A stretch of 64,000 nucleotides of DNA, from positions 107,446,001-107,510,000 of the forward strand of contig JAGIQG010000009.1 in assembly GCA_024679065.1 (NCBI GenBank), written 5' to 3'. Shown here in pieces: positions 38,901-50,455 of the stretch (its first letter is position 1; every line of letters begins with the position of its first letter). The position numbers and the translations under genes were made by a program. The stretch comes from Sphyrna mokarran (taxonomy: Eukaryota). The notes under the pieces are model-generated. The model made no database searches. It was not told the DNA's origin and saw only the letters and a list, made by a program, of their open reading frames with translations.

Positions 38901-41900
38901 GGGCGATGACATGCTGTTCGCACCCCACACACCACCTGGATGGAAAGATGACTGGCTTCACGGCGAACAACCCAACAGCCATAATGCATTGAAGGGCTCT
39001 TTAGTCAGGGCTGAGTATGCTACCCGTTCATCATTGTACCGGATACATTCAATTGCATTGGCCCTGAGCTCCATCAGTCCCGACAACGCCAGAAAGGCGT
39101 GAATCGCAGCTACCTTGATTTCAGATAGGCACCCAAACCCCAGTGCCTTCGGAGAAAGTAATTCCAAGGTCTTGGCCCAAAAGGGTTTGGTGGTGCTCGG
39201 GACAGGAGGTGCGTTGTGGGTTGTGGGGGGAGGGGGTGAGTGTGGGGATGTTGTTGAGTAGGTTGAATTTCAGAGGACGAGCGGGTAGGAAGTATATGGG
39301 TGCAATTGCAATCTGGAGGTCATCCCAGTATTTACCTTTAGTCCATTTCAGGATAAAAACCGGACTTTCGCTTCCTGCTCTTCCGCCCACGCCAAAAGCA
39401 CTTTGTCCAGAAACAAAGGTCAGGCAGTCTCACATGCAATTTGCACATTTAACTCTATACCCCATACTAATATAGAAACAACTTCAAAATAAATGTTTTA
39501 ATGAAGTGCAAGTTAAACAAATAATTAATATAAAACTGGATAAATGAGCGTTAATCTTCCTGGGTTCAAAATGAACATGTTCCTCATGACTATTATCTCA
39601 GAATTACAGTGTGGATATTGTGGGAATAATTAGTTTGATCGGTTATTGAAAAGAATAAATGTAAAGAAAGGCAGATGATAGCATATAGGAACGTACCTTT
39701 AACAATTACCCGTGTGCCCCTTCCAGTTTCTTTGCCAATTAAGAACAAAACGACTTCACAATAATACATCCCGGAATCATTCCGATTTGCCTCCATGACT
39801 GTAATTTGGCTGACTTTTAAAGATAGTTCAACTTTCTCCAAAATTCGGCCTTCAGATTTGTTCGAAACCAAATTCTCTTTTCGACCTGATACCTCCTTGT
39901 ACCAATGGAATGCAAAAACTGATGTCTTATTTGACTCAATAAATGTACAGGATATTTGAAATTTCCCTCCTTCTGTTGCTTCGATAATCTCTGGGCTTTG
40001 AATTACTTTGACGTCGGCAATAGCAGCAGCTGTAAAACAGAAATTCCAGTTATACTTGTTAGACAAACCTGCTCCTCTCCTCAAACAACTGTCTTGGCAC
40101 CTTGTCAATAATTCATTTGCGGCTCATAGCAAATTCAAACAACGAATCCCCACTTACATCCCTTGACCTTCAACAGGAAGATGAACATTGAATTTTCTAC
40201 CATGAATCATTTTAGTGTGAACAATTCTTTCTTCCCCTGCAACCTTTAAGCCTAAGCAATTTCATGGGATCAATATCACATCCAAATTCGCGTCTGAGTA
40301 TGTACATACTAGATATTGTCCATCTCTTTGATGTCTATTGAATCAGCCTGAGACTGTTAAAGGCTAATACAAGTACAGTACTGCGATTTCTGGAAATCTG
40401 ACATAAAAGCACAAATGCTGAATAAACTCAGCCGATCTGGCAGCATCTTTGGATAGGGAAGCAGGAGATAACGTTACAACTCCAACGACGCCTCCTACAA
40501 TGGACTAGAAACGCCAACTGTGTCGATTACCACAGATGCGGCCAAAACTTCTCATTTTATCCAGAGTTTTCTGTTTTTATTTGTGTTACAGGCCAATGTT
40601 AAAGGCCCTGTTCACAGATATCTTCCGCCACTTCTCTAGTCATTTGAAGTGGTGTTGAAGATGTTAGGAACAGCACCAGCAACACTGAACGTCAGGTGCC
40701 AAGCTGGTGTCGATACAGCATATGCAAGCTAAACGATAGAACAGCGTGTTATGAATACTGATCTATCCAAAACTAACGGATCACATACAGCCCCTGCAGA
40801 GTTGCCCCAACTACTCGTGAATGGTTGTGGGTTATTAAATTATTAATAGGAGGAGGAAGAGGTCCCCCATCCTCAATAACGGGGAATTTGGCGCATCAGT
40901 GCGAAAGAAAGGACAGAAGCTTTTGTAACCATCTTTAATCGGGCAGCACGGTAGGACAGGGTTAGCATTGCTGTTTCACAGCGCTAGGACCCCCGGGTTG
41001 GATCCCTGGTTTGGGACACTCTCTGTCTGGTGTCTGCACATTCTCCCCGCATCTGCGTGGGCTTCTCCGGGGGCTCTGGTTTTCTCCCGTGGTCTGAAAG
41101 GCTTGTTAGAATTATTGACCTGAACAGTTGCCGGACAGTGCCGACTAGTGGAATTTCACAGTAACTTCATTGCAGTGTTAATGTACATGTGACTAACAAA
41201 TAAATAAACTTCAATGAGCTGTTGAGAGCGGATGATCCATCCCGGCTTGTTTCTCACGTTCACGAAATCAGAGATTTTGCTTCAAATTACTCGATTCACT
41301 TCACATAACAAGAAGTTGATGAAAGCCTGCGTATGGCACAAGATGTGGGACCTAATCACATTCAGACAGCATTTCTGTTGGTTTGTGTTCCAGAACTGAT
41401 CATTCTACAAGAACACGGGAACCGTGAGCGGGAGTAGGCCGCTCGACTTCTTTAACCTTCTCCATCATTCAATAATATCATGGCTAATCTAAGTGTGAAC
41501 AGCACGTTACTGTCTGTCCATCGTATCCCGTGACTCACTCGGTGATCAACAGTGTGTCAAAATGAGCCTCAAACACGACAATGACACATATTCTGGACGG
41601 TAGAATTTCTCAGATAAAAGTGGTGGTGCGAGGACAGCTCTCGGATGTTGATTCATGGGTTGCCTGGTACTTCATGTCGTAAATGAGTGCTTTATCTGGA
41701 CCATCTGAAGGGCACCATGACAGCTCAGTGACTATCGCTGTAGCTGTGCAGACACTTGGAATTGGGCCGGTGTCTGCGGGAGTTTGCGCGTTCTCCCCGT
41801 GGTTGCGTGGGTTTTCTCCGGGCGCTCCGGTTTCCTCCCACATCCCAAAAATTCGCTCTTAAGCTGATTGAAAAACAAATTGTCCCTATATTGAGATTCT

Positions 41901-42483
41901 TCCATATTAGAAATAACCTAAAATTAAAATAGGAAATGGAATTGTCACTATAAAGTTATGACGGCGGCGCGGGCTCGTTGGGCCGAAGGGCCTGTTTCCC
42001 GTGCTGTGTTGCTCTTTGAAAAGGCCCCTTGAGAGAAAATAATGTTCCCCTAACTCAGAATCGTAGAATCCCAATAGTGCAGAGAAGACTATTTGGCCAT
42101 CCAGTCTACACGGACTGTCTGCAGAGCATTTTACCCTGTTCTCCGCCCCATTCCTGTAAACCCTCACATTTCCCTTGACTAATTCATTCTTAAAAGAAAA
42201 GAGCATCAGGCGCCCGGTAAATGCCCTTTATTTCCCCACCTTTGTTTGAACACATACACCCATTGTGCTGCTTTGAAACCCTGGAACACCTTTCTAGCAA
42301 CACACTGGGCATTCCTATACTACAAAGAACCGCAGCAGCTTAAGACACCAGTCCACCAACATCTTCTCAAGGACAATTGGTATACAATAAATGATGGCCC
42401 TTTTGGTGAAGGGCCATTAACAAGAAATGTAACTAAGTTTAAGACTTACCAGAAATTAGCAGTATACCTATAACTGGACACAT
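26688..42483 (-). CDS. Gene B: NKp30/NCR3-like V(J)-domain receptor, inhibitory type (3 ITIMs); join(42450-42483,39697-40029,34535-34684,32736-32767,26688-26939), ~266 aa
   Basis: Exons total 801 nt in one open frame, all GT-AG: MCPVIGILLISAAAIA|DVKVIQSP...YYCEVVLFLIGKETGRGTRVIVK-GQVESKEE...LIAILIFLSRNKCQSNSYMSNR-DRRPTTRNDAQ-GDTSNNVIYADL...VVYAVV...VVYGVVRAPMIRQ*. Confidence 0.82.
27045..27755 (+). mobile_element. Solo LTR, paralog of 1735-2450
   Basis: Collinear similarity at the same intronic position in gene B; TSD decayed. Confidence 0.65.
29340..29499 (-). pseudogene. U1 snRNA pseudogene (near full length)
   Basis: The reverse complement ATACCTACTTGACGGGG...GATCA...CCATTGCACTTCGG.TGTGCTGA...CCCCAAATGCGGGA...CGACTGCAAAATTTCTGGTAGTGGGGATTGCGTT is collinear with vertebrate U1; the 5' splice-site-pairing end is mutated. 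Confidence 0.88.
29510..30045 (-). mobile_element. Degraded CR1 3' fragment (inverted copy at 4078-4600)
   Basis: Residual RT C-terminus (MIPRLNGFSYKFRLE) and a CR1-type 3' UTR. Confidence 0.65.
31116..32103. repeat. ~190-bp inverted duplication (31116-31309 vs 31913-32103) overlapping an LTR-like element
   Basis: For example AGTGCCTTTAAGAAATGTATTTCAATCA vs TGATTGAAATACATTTCTTAAAGGCACA, and CTCCTTCCTGCTCATGA vs TCATGAGCAGGAAGGAG. Confidence 0.8.
32736..32767 (-). CDS. Gene B 32-nt cytoplasmic exon (DRRPTTRNDAQ)
   Basis: TTTTACAG acceptor and CAG|GTAAGA donor; paralog of 4864-4895. Confidence 0.78.
34535..34684 (-). CDS. Gene B stalk/uncharged TM exon
   Basis: CCCCAG acceptor and G|GTGAGT donor (weaker alternative A|GTAATT at 34559); hydrophobic LITLSSALVVTILLLLIAILIFL. 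Confidence 0.83.
35360..37440 (-). mobile_element. Old degraded CR1-type LINE (partial paralogs ~7440-8380 and ~51120-51440)
   Basis: Broken ORFs such as NGMLAFIAKGFE...PHLQYCVQF and KCEVVHF are typical of CR1 RT. Confidence 0.75.
39697..40029 (-). CDS. Gene B Ig V-set (VJ) exon
   Basis: 333 nt (9-nt in-frame deletion relative to paralogs); open frame and canonical V motifs. Confidence 0.9.
42450..42483 (-). CDS. Gene B leader exon (MCPVIGILLIS)
   Basis: 34 coding nt, G|GTAAGT donor, paralogous to 16860-16893. Confidence 0.85.
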
Positions 42484-44735
42484 CTTTCAATTTTGCCTGT
42501 GAATACAATAAGAAAGACAGGAGTTGCAACGACAATTTTTATTTGCATTCAGTTTTGCAGCTACAATTAAACGTTTTTTTTATACATGACAATGCATGCC
42601 TTTGCTCAACGCTTTATCTCCAATTTGGTCGTTCATTTGTTTAGAAATTTAATTTTGTATTTATGGAGGAGAAATTTTGCGACGTTCCCGTTTTCGTCTG
42701 CCTTAGATTAGAGCAAAAGCTGCACAAACACAGGCAGGAAATGGAGACACACCAGGAGGGGTACAATCAAACACGAGCAAGATGGACCCAATGGTTCGCT
42801 TTCTAATCATAACTTGTACATATTTAGATAAGAATCTGCCATTTCTCGGATTTCCATTACATTTAGGATGATGAAAAGAGAACGCAAACTTAACTTTATG
42901 ACAGATATGTTTTTCATTATCAGATTGTCTACCTGAGAGCTCAGTAGTATGAGGATGAATAGTTTGAACCTAGACTTAGTGAAGAATGAGAGGCGATGTT
43001 TTTGAACGTGTACGATAGGAGGCAGCATTTATTGGCCACAAAACGGGAGGATGTTTTCGCTTCCCGGAGAAACTTGTAGAAAACGCCACCGTATTGGGAT
43101 AAGGTGATGTTTGAGACGGAGATAATGAACATCGCATTTCCCTCCACACCCCGTCCAAAGTATCCTTAGTGTATGAATTTCGCTTGTCAAAAACACAGTG
43201 GAGGCTGAGTCGTTGAATTCAATTAAGGTAGAGTTAGGAGGTTGTAGATAGATTAGGGAGTCAAGGGCTGTGGGGGAAGGGCGGCAATGTGGAATTGCGA
43301 TCCCTAAAAAAAATTGTACACCATCTTACTGAATGTAAGCAGGTTGAAAAGGCTGAATAGTGCATTTTTGCTCTTGGATTTTATCATAGAATCCCTACAG
43401 AGGAGAAGGAGGCCCATTCAACACACTCTGATTCTCTCACAGAGCATCCTACCAAGGGACTCTCCACCGTCCTTTCTCCGTAACTCCACGCATTTCCCTT
43501 GGCTAATCCGCCTAAACTGCATATCTTTGGATTGTGGGAGGAATCCGGAGCACCCAAAGGAAACTTGTTCAGAGACACGCCCACTTCACTCAGTCACCCA
43601 AAGCAGGATTTGAACCCTGGTTCCTAGCGCTGTGAGGCAGAATTGAACCTAGGTTCCTAGCGCTGTGAAGCGGCAGTGCAAACCACTGTGCTAACTGTGT
43701 TCTTATGCTTAGTTAACTATACGAACATTTCATAAAGAACGATGTTTTCAACGTCCAAATCTAGAGTCTGAACAACAGAAATTCTTCCCCTTGTTATTCT
43801 TCCAATAACTTTCTTAGAAGTCCTTGCATTCACCTGAAAGGGCAGAAACGACCTCGATTTAGACACATAGCTAAAAAGAGGGACTCTTCTTGATGTGGAC
43901 ATCGCTGGCTAGGCCAGCATTTATTAGCTTTCCCTAACTATCCTCAATTTCAGGGGACGTTTGAGAATGAAGCGCATTGCTGTTGAGTCTGGAGTGACAT
44001 GTCGGCCGGACCGGGTAAGGATGGCAGATTTCCTTTCCTAAAGGGCAATAGTGACCTACATGGGTTTTAGCAACAATCGATTATGGTTTCACGATCAACA
44101 TTGGAGCTTGAATTCCAAATTAGTGAATTCAAGTTTCACCACCTAGCGTGGGGGGATCTGAACTTGGGTACAGATATCGTCCTCAGTTACGAGTGGAGTG
44201 ACAATTACCATTACGCCACTGCCTCCGCTATCCCCGACACACGCTCCTGCTTTTGAGTATTTGTCTTGAATTTTGTAATCTATTTTATACTTTTAGCACC
44301 TGCAGTATTTTGCTTTAATTTTAATGCTCTGGTAACGTAATAACAGTTTATATTCAATAAATTAATTCGAACAATCCGGAATCTAATGGTTTTTACAGTG
44401 ATGATGACCATGAATCTGTCATCGTATTGTCGTTAAAATCTATCTAGTTTACTAATGTCCGTTAGGGAAGGAAATCAACATTTTTACACATTCTTATCTA
44501 CATGTTGGTCGAAACCCTTCGAGTTTTGCTTAGCTCTTAAGTTCCCTTTGAGACGGCCTCGTGAGTCTCTCACTCCAACGGAAATTATCGACGGGCAACA
44601 AATGTCTGCCTTACCTTCCATTTCTCTCTATCTAAAACGCGAAGTTAACGATAAGAACAGTAAAAACAAACATACAGTTAAATTTTGAACATGATTTTGC
44701 TTTACTAAGAAGCAGAACGATAAAAATCTACTTAC

Positions 44736-44834
44736 TTTAATTAGGAAGAGAAATGTGCAGCCAACTTCTGCAATTATTTTTCGCCTGTACTGTAAAAGAA
44801 TTATTTATAGAAAAAATACGGGAAGCATGACGTC
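44736..44834 (-). promoter_or_regulatory. Putative promoter and first exon of gene B
   Basis: Paralog of 20155-20253 with the same donor and ETS/CRE motif. Confidence 0.45.
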
Positions 44835-47800
44835 TTACAACAATTAAGGAGGCGTATCAGCATTTTCTTGAAGGACAAGAAAAGAGAATTGGGAACTGAA
44901 ATTCACGCAAGTGCAGACAGCAATGAGCTATTAACTCCTTATGGAGTATCACTGAACAGAATAGCATGGGATCCGGATTCCATGGAACGATTAAGATTAT
45001 TTCAAGCAATAAATGACACTGACATTGTAGCGGTACATTGGCTATGCTAAATTCTCCAGCAGTATACTCGAACATTGTTGATTTTAACGATAATTTGTTA
45101 AAGTTATGTTGTGGCTAGATACACATGTATCGATCTACTTGACTATGTAAGTACAGTAACGACATAGAATGCCACTCTTATTGACATTTCAGTCTCCAAG
45201 TACATGACAATATACTGTTGCAAGTTTCATTGCTTTGATAGTTGAAGAGGTGACTGAATCCTTGCGGAACGGTCAAAGTAGCCAAATACTGAATTAGAAA
45301 CTACAGTTACCATAAGAAACTGAGATAGTAAAGATTCTTGTTTGTGTTTTATGAAAAACTGTGCTGAAATGGTTTATAAAAATGAGGAGCAGGAGTAAGC
45401 TATTCGGCCCCTTTCAGCTCGCTATATCATTGTATAGAATCATGGCTAATCTGCCTATAGCCTCAGCTCCACATTCCATCTACTACCGTTAACACTGACT
45501 GCTTTGTTAGCATCGATACTGAATTAGGCTTAAGATTAACTCTACCTCCACTGCTTTCCAAAGAAAAGTGTTCCAAAGACTGACGAGCTTCTGAGAGAAT
45601 ACAAAATTTTTTCTTCTCCACCTGGAATGCGAGACCATTTATTTTTAAACTCTATCTCCAATCCTGGTCTCTCCCAGAAGCAAAACCATCCTTTCAGCCT
45701 GAGTTCGGTCAAGTCCCTTCATGCTCTTAATTGTTTCAATAGGGGGACGTTAATATTGCCACATAGCCTTCTGAATTCGAACTTTTACAGAACTGACGCA
45801 GTGGTTAGTAACAGGGACGTGGGTTCAGTTCCAGCCTCGGGTCACCATCGGTGGCGACTTTATACGTTCCACTCCTGTCTGCATCGGGGTTTTCCGGTGC
45901 TCCGATTTCTTCCTACAGTCCAGAGATGTGCGAGTTAGGTGGATTAGCCATGCTAAATTGCTCCTTCATGTCAGGGGATAAGCAAGTCAAATGCTTGGTG
46001 TTAGCGGGATAGGGCCTGGGTGGGATAGTTATCGCCGCAGGCTCGATGGTCGAATGGCCTCCTCTGCACAGCAGAGAATCTATGATTCTATGAATAGCGT
46101 TCTATTATCCCACGCTCACGCTCCACAGCACTTTCTTCTGCTTTCGATAGAAGATTAGATTTAGACATACGGAAAGTCCCCTTCACTCGAACTCAACTGT
46201 CCATAAATACTGCAGAATCTCAAAACAATTATTTTGCAAATATATAAGAATTTTTATCGGGAATTCAATGCAGAGTAATTCCCATTAAAAAAGACAGTCT
46301 TTGTCTGTAATGTAGTTGTAATAGTGCACGCAGAAAAGCTTCACTCAACAGATCTGGTGCCATTTCCTACTGCTTCAACAAGTTGCTTAAAGGAAAATTG
46401 AATTAAATCGTGAGGACAAAATGAATCACCATTTTGTGTTGTCGGTCATGTGTTTTCTAATAAGTCATTGCCTCATAAAAACGTGCAGAAAGATAGCACA
46501 GAAGTCGAGTGAAGTGGGTGGAGATTGCAATTCAAACGTACTTGGTTTATTCAGATAGCATTAATAAAAGTGGATGAAAACAATTGTATATCTTCCTGCG
46601 TCTTTCCCGACCATTACGACCAAATGTCATCACCACCAACGACGTCTGCATATCTTATATTGCATGTTTGAGAAAAAGAAGCAGCAATACTGGGTTCACT
46701 TTGATGATTGGTGCTTTCAGGGCAAAATGCAGTGCTGGATGCATGTTGGAATTCTAGGCCGAAGCGTAGATTGCTAAATTAGGATTATCTTCAAAGTAAT
46801 TGAATGCGGCAACATACAATCGTGTTTCCTGCTCACTGAGGTCCCTTTTCCCCGCATGGAGACAAGATTCATAGTGTGCATTCACTTCAGCAGCCAAAAT
46901 GAAGAAGTTTAGTTACACCTCCCAAACAGAGAGGGCAGCCGAGAAGACAGCTATTTAATGGGCTACACTCAGTAGAATTGAACTGGAAAAGACAGACTTT
47001 TTATAACAGCTACTTCAAGGTTCACAAGACCCATCATAAGATGTGATGGACAGCATGAATGAAGGTTCACGAAGTCACAGGTCTGGTATATTTTTAAAAA
47101 ATGAATCTTACTCAAGAAATAATATCAGCACAATGATCTGATATTTATACCAGCTGCTCATACAACATGGCAACATTAGATTTGTGTATGATTAGTTTGC
47201 TTTACGTTTACTTTTTTTTGCGTACTACATCAGCAGACATGCACTGATAATAATAGAGTGCTACTAATGTACTTTAAGTCTTCATGGATAAGGCTGACAT
47301 AGAAATGATTTAATAGTAGATGTTTATTAGTAGATCTAATCTGGAAATGATCATCACTCACTTATGTTACAATCCAGATTAGAAACTAAATTTTAAGAAG
47401 TCAGCCGAGATCATTGAAGCTTGGCACAGGAAAGATATTTTACTCCAGATTTGATTAACGTGACCCACTAGGGAGTTTTTTTTATCAAAGTTTATTTAAC
47501 AATATGGTTAACATATGGAAGGAAAATTAGCAATTAAAATTACAAATCAAAAAAACCATGATATTGTATAAACATTAACAGCTACGAAAATTGTTCCAAT
47601 ACAACATTCTTACAAAAATACACACGCGGTGTAGGTTTAGCACAGAAAATGCATATGCTCATGTGATGCTGGATCTTGCATCTTTCACAACAATAGAAGG
47701 TTGCACTACAGACTTCACAGTGCCTGAAGCTTTGTTGTGGATTATGGATTGTGGATTTGCAAAATAAAAACTACAGGCTTGCTTTCAAACTGCAGAGAAC

Positions 47801-47997
47801 ATGATTAAAAACATACTTCTTAAAGGCACAGCAGTATGACATGTACCATCGGACTGTTGTCAGATATGGCTAACTCTTATGTGGCTGCAGGTCCACCAAA
47901 ACAGTAACCCACTTTTATTTTATGTAAGGTCTCCTGATTAACTTGAATGGAGAACTGTAAATTCACCAGTGAAAGACAGATTCCAGGAAAATATAGG

Positions 47998-48230
47998 GCA
48001 TAGATAGATAGGCAGTCGGACAGATTGGCAGGCAGACAGATAGATGGACAGACAGGCAGAGAAACAAATAGATAGATAGATGGATAGATCAATGAATTGA
48101 GAGATAGACAGGCTGGCAGGCAGACAGACTGACAGACAGACGGATGGATGGATAGATAGATAGATAGATAGGTAGATAGATAGATAGATAGATAGATAGA
48201 AACGCAGACAGATAGATAAATAGATAGATG
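47998..48230. repeat. Compound (GATA/GACA/GATG)n microsatellite
   Basis: Seen directly; much shorter in the paralog at ~23350-23400. Confidence 0.95.
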
Positions 48231-50261
48231 ATTGGCTTATTGAATAAACATTCTGGCACTGTTTCCGATGTATGGTGAAGAAAAAATGAATTAACCATAA
48301 TCCACAACAAAGCTTCAGACAAACATCACAAAGCCTGTCTAAGATAATAAAAGTTACCAATAGTGACGTGCAAACATCCTTACTTTATCGAATAGAAGAA
48401 AAGGTTCATCTGAACTATGTGTTTTATTTTAAAGTCCACAGTTCCTACATTGCCAGATTGAATTCATTCAGGTTTCATTCTTTGATTGTAATGAAAGAGT
48501 CTGTGACAATAATCGGTCATTTCCCTTTAAACGGATCTACTTTAAAAAGATATATGTGGCAATATTCGTTACAATTAGAATTTTACATATGGTCCAGTTA
48601 CAATCAGTTTTATATTGTTTAGTTTTGATTTAAGCTAGATTTTTTCTCTGGTGCATATGCGTTACCAGATCTTTAGAATCATAGAAACCCTCCAGCATTC
48701 TGCCCATCTGCATCGACTCTCTGAAAGAGCATCTCACCATGGCCCAATCCCCATAAACCTGAGTATTTGCCAATCCATCCACGTAACATCCACATCTATG
48801 CACACTGCGTGGTAATTTAGCATGACCAATCAACCTAACCTCTACATTTTTGGACTGTGGGGCGATAGCGTGCAAACTCCAGACTGTCACCCAAATTCGG
48901 ATGGCCAGCGTGCCACCGTGCTACCATGTCAGCATGTCTTTGATAAGTCAAAATGACAAGAGGTAGGGAGTGACAAGCTCAATTATTACGAGGTGATGAT
49001 CCCGTATCGAATCGCATCATGAAACATGGTGGCAATACATAAAAGGTTAGCTACAAAATACCATTTGCGTCAAAGGTGTTGTCAAATCTCATTGTTGGTT
49101 AATGATAGAAGGGCCCCTGTTGTTCATAGCCTAAGTCGAATCTCATGTAAGTTTCCTTCACTTGCAGGGTGAGCGTGCAAAGTGGAGTAAATTCAATGAT
49201 CAACAGCAAAGTTAACAACAAATACTTAGAGAAAAGGACAAGAAAAGTCGAAAATAAATTCATGTTTCATTCTCTGCGATGACGAGTCATGCTTTGTTAA
49301 GTTAGAATTCTCCTTGCTTTTCCCAGTAAACTGAATAATCATCAAATAAGCATCCCCCCTTCCTGTATTGCAGGCTAACATCGGAATTTGAACTATAGAG
49401 CTGCATACGTTATATATTTCATAGCACATATTTACATTTAATGATAATGAAGGAGAAAATATAACAATTGTTCGCTAATAATGAGTGTTAGATCGTACAC
49501 TTATGCTTTTATGTGTTTTTTGTTCTTATATGATTGACATTATCTGACTCTTGTCATCTTTTCCTGTCTTCGATGGGGGAAAAATACGACATGGTGTAAG
49601 AGCGTTTACAAGTATCAATGTCAATTTTTTTTCTCTGCAATTAGGAGATAAAATTACTTAAAGTGGAACCTGGGACATATGAAATTGTCAATGACTGCGC
49701 CATCTAATGGACTTTGTACAATAACGCAGAATACAATGTTTTATTAGTAAACCATTTAAAGATATAAAGGGTTGGGGGGGGGCAGCGGGAGAGCTAATGA
49801 AGGGCATATGATCGTACCCGAACACACGTGATATTGGCATACATGCTTCTTTCCGTTTGCATTTAACACCTAGAGCCTTGGGCAGCATAGTGGCCCAGTA
49901 GTTAGCACTGCTACCTCACACAGCCAGGGACCCGAGTTTGATTCCTGGCTCGGGTCACTGTCTGTATGGAGCTTTCACGTGCTCCCCGTGTCTGCGTGGG
50001 CTTCCTCTGGGTGTTCCAGTTTCCTGTGACAGAATGAAAGACGTGCTGGTCTGGGGCATTGGCCATGCTAAATTTTCCCAGAATGTACCCGACCAGGCAC
50101 TGGAGAATGGCGACCTATGGATTTTCACAGTGACTTCAGTGTAATGGTGATCCTACTTGAGGCGCTAATAACTAAACTAAAAAAAAAACACTTCTGCAGT
50201 CACTTTATAATCAACTGCAAATACAATTTGTCCAAAATGTCAATCGGTTTAGTTTAACTTT

Positions 50262-50455
50262 TTACCATGAGATGCTGCCAGCTGTGGTACCTTCTTCACG
50301 CTCTGCAGCGAGAAGCTTCGGAGAACCTCGAAACTCGCAGCAATATACGAGAGATATCGTTATTATGATTAACGCAGCAAACACTGCAAGCCTCACTCCC
50401 ATCGCAATCAGCTGCCTTTGCAGCGAATATCTCGTGTTATCCGGTTGCTCCCATC
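50262..50455 (-). CDS. Gene C stalk/TM(Arg)/short tail exon
   Basis: TTCTCTACAG acceptor, phase 1 matching the V donor, hydrophobic helix with one Arg, TAA at 50262-50264, minus-strand AATAAA at 49740-49745. Confidence 0.8.
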
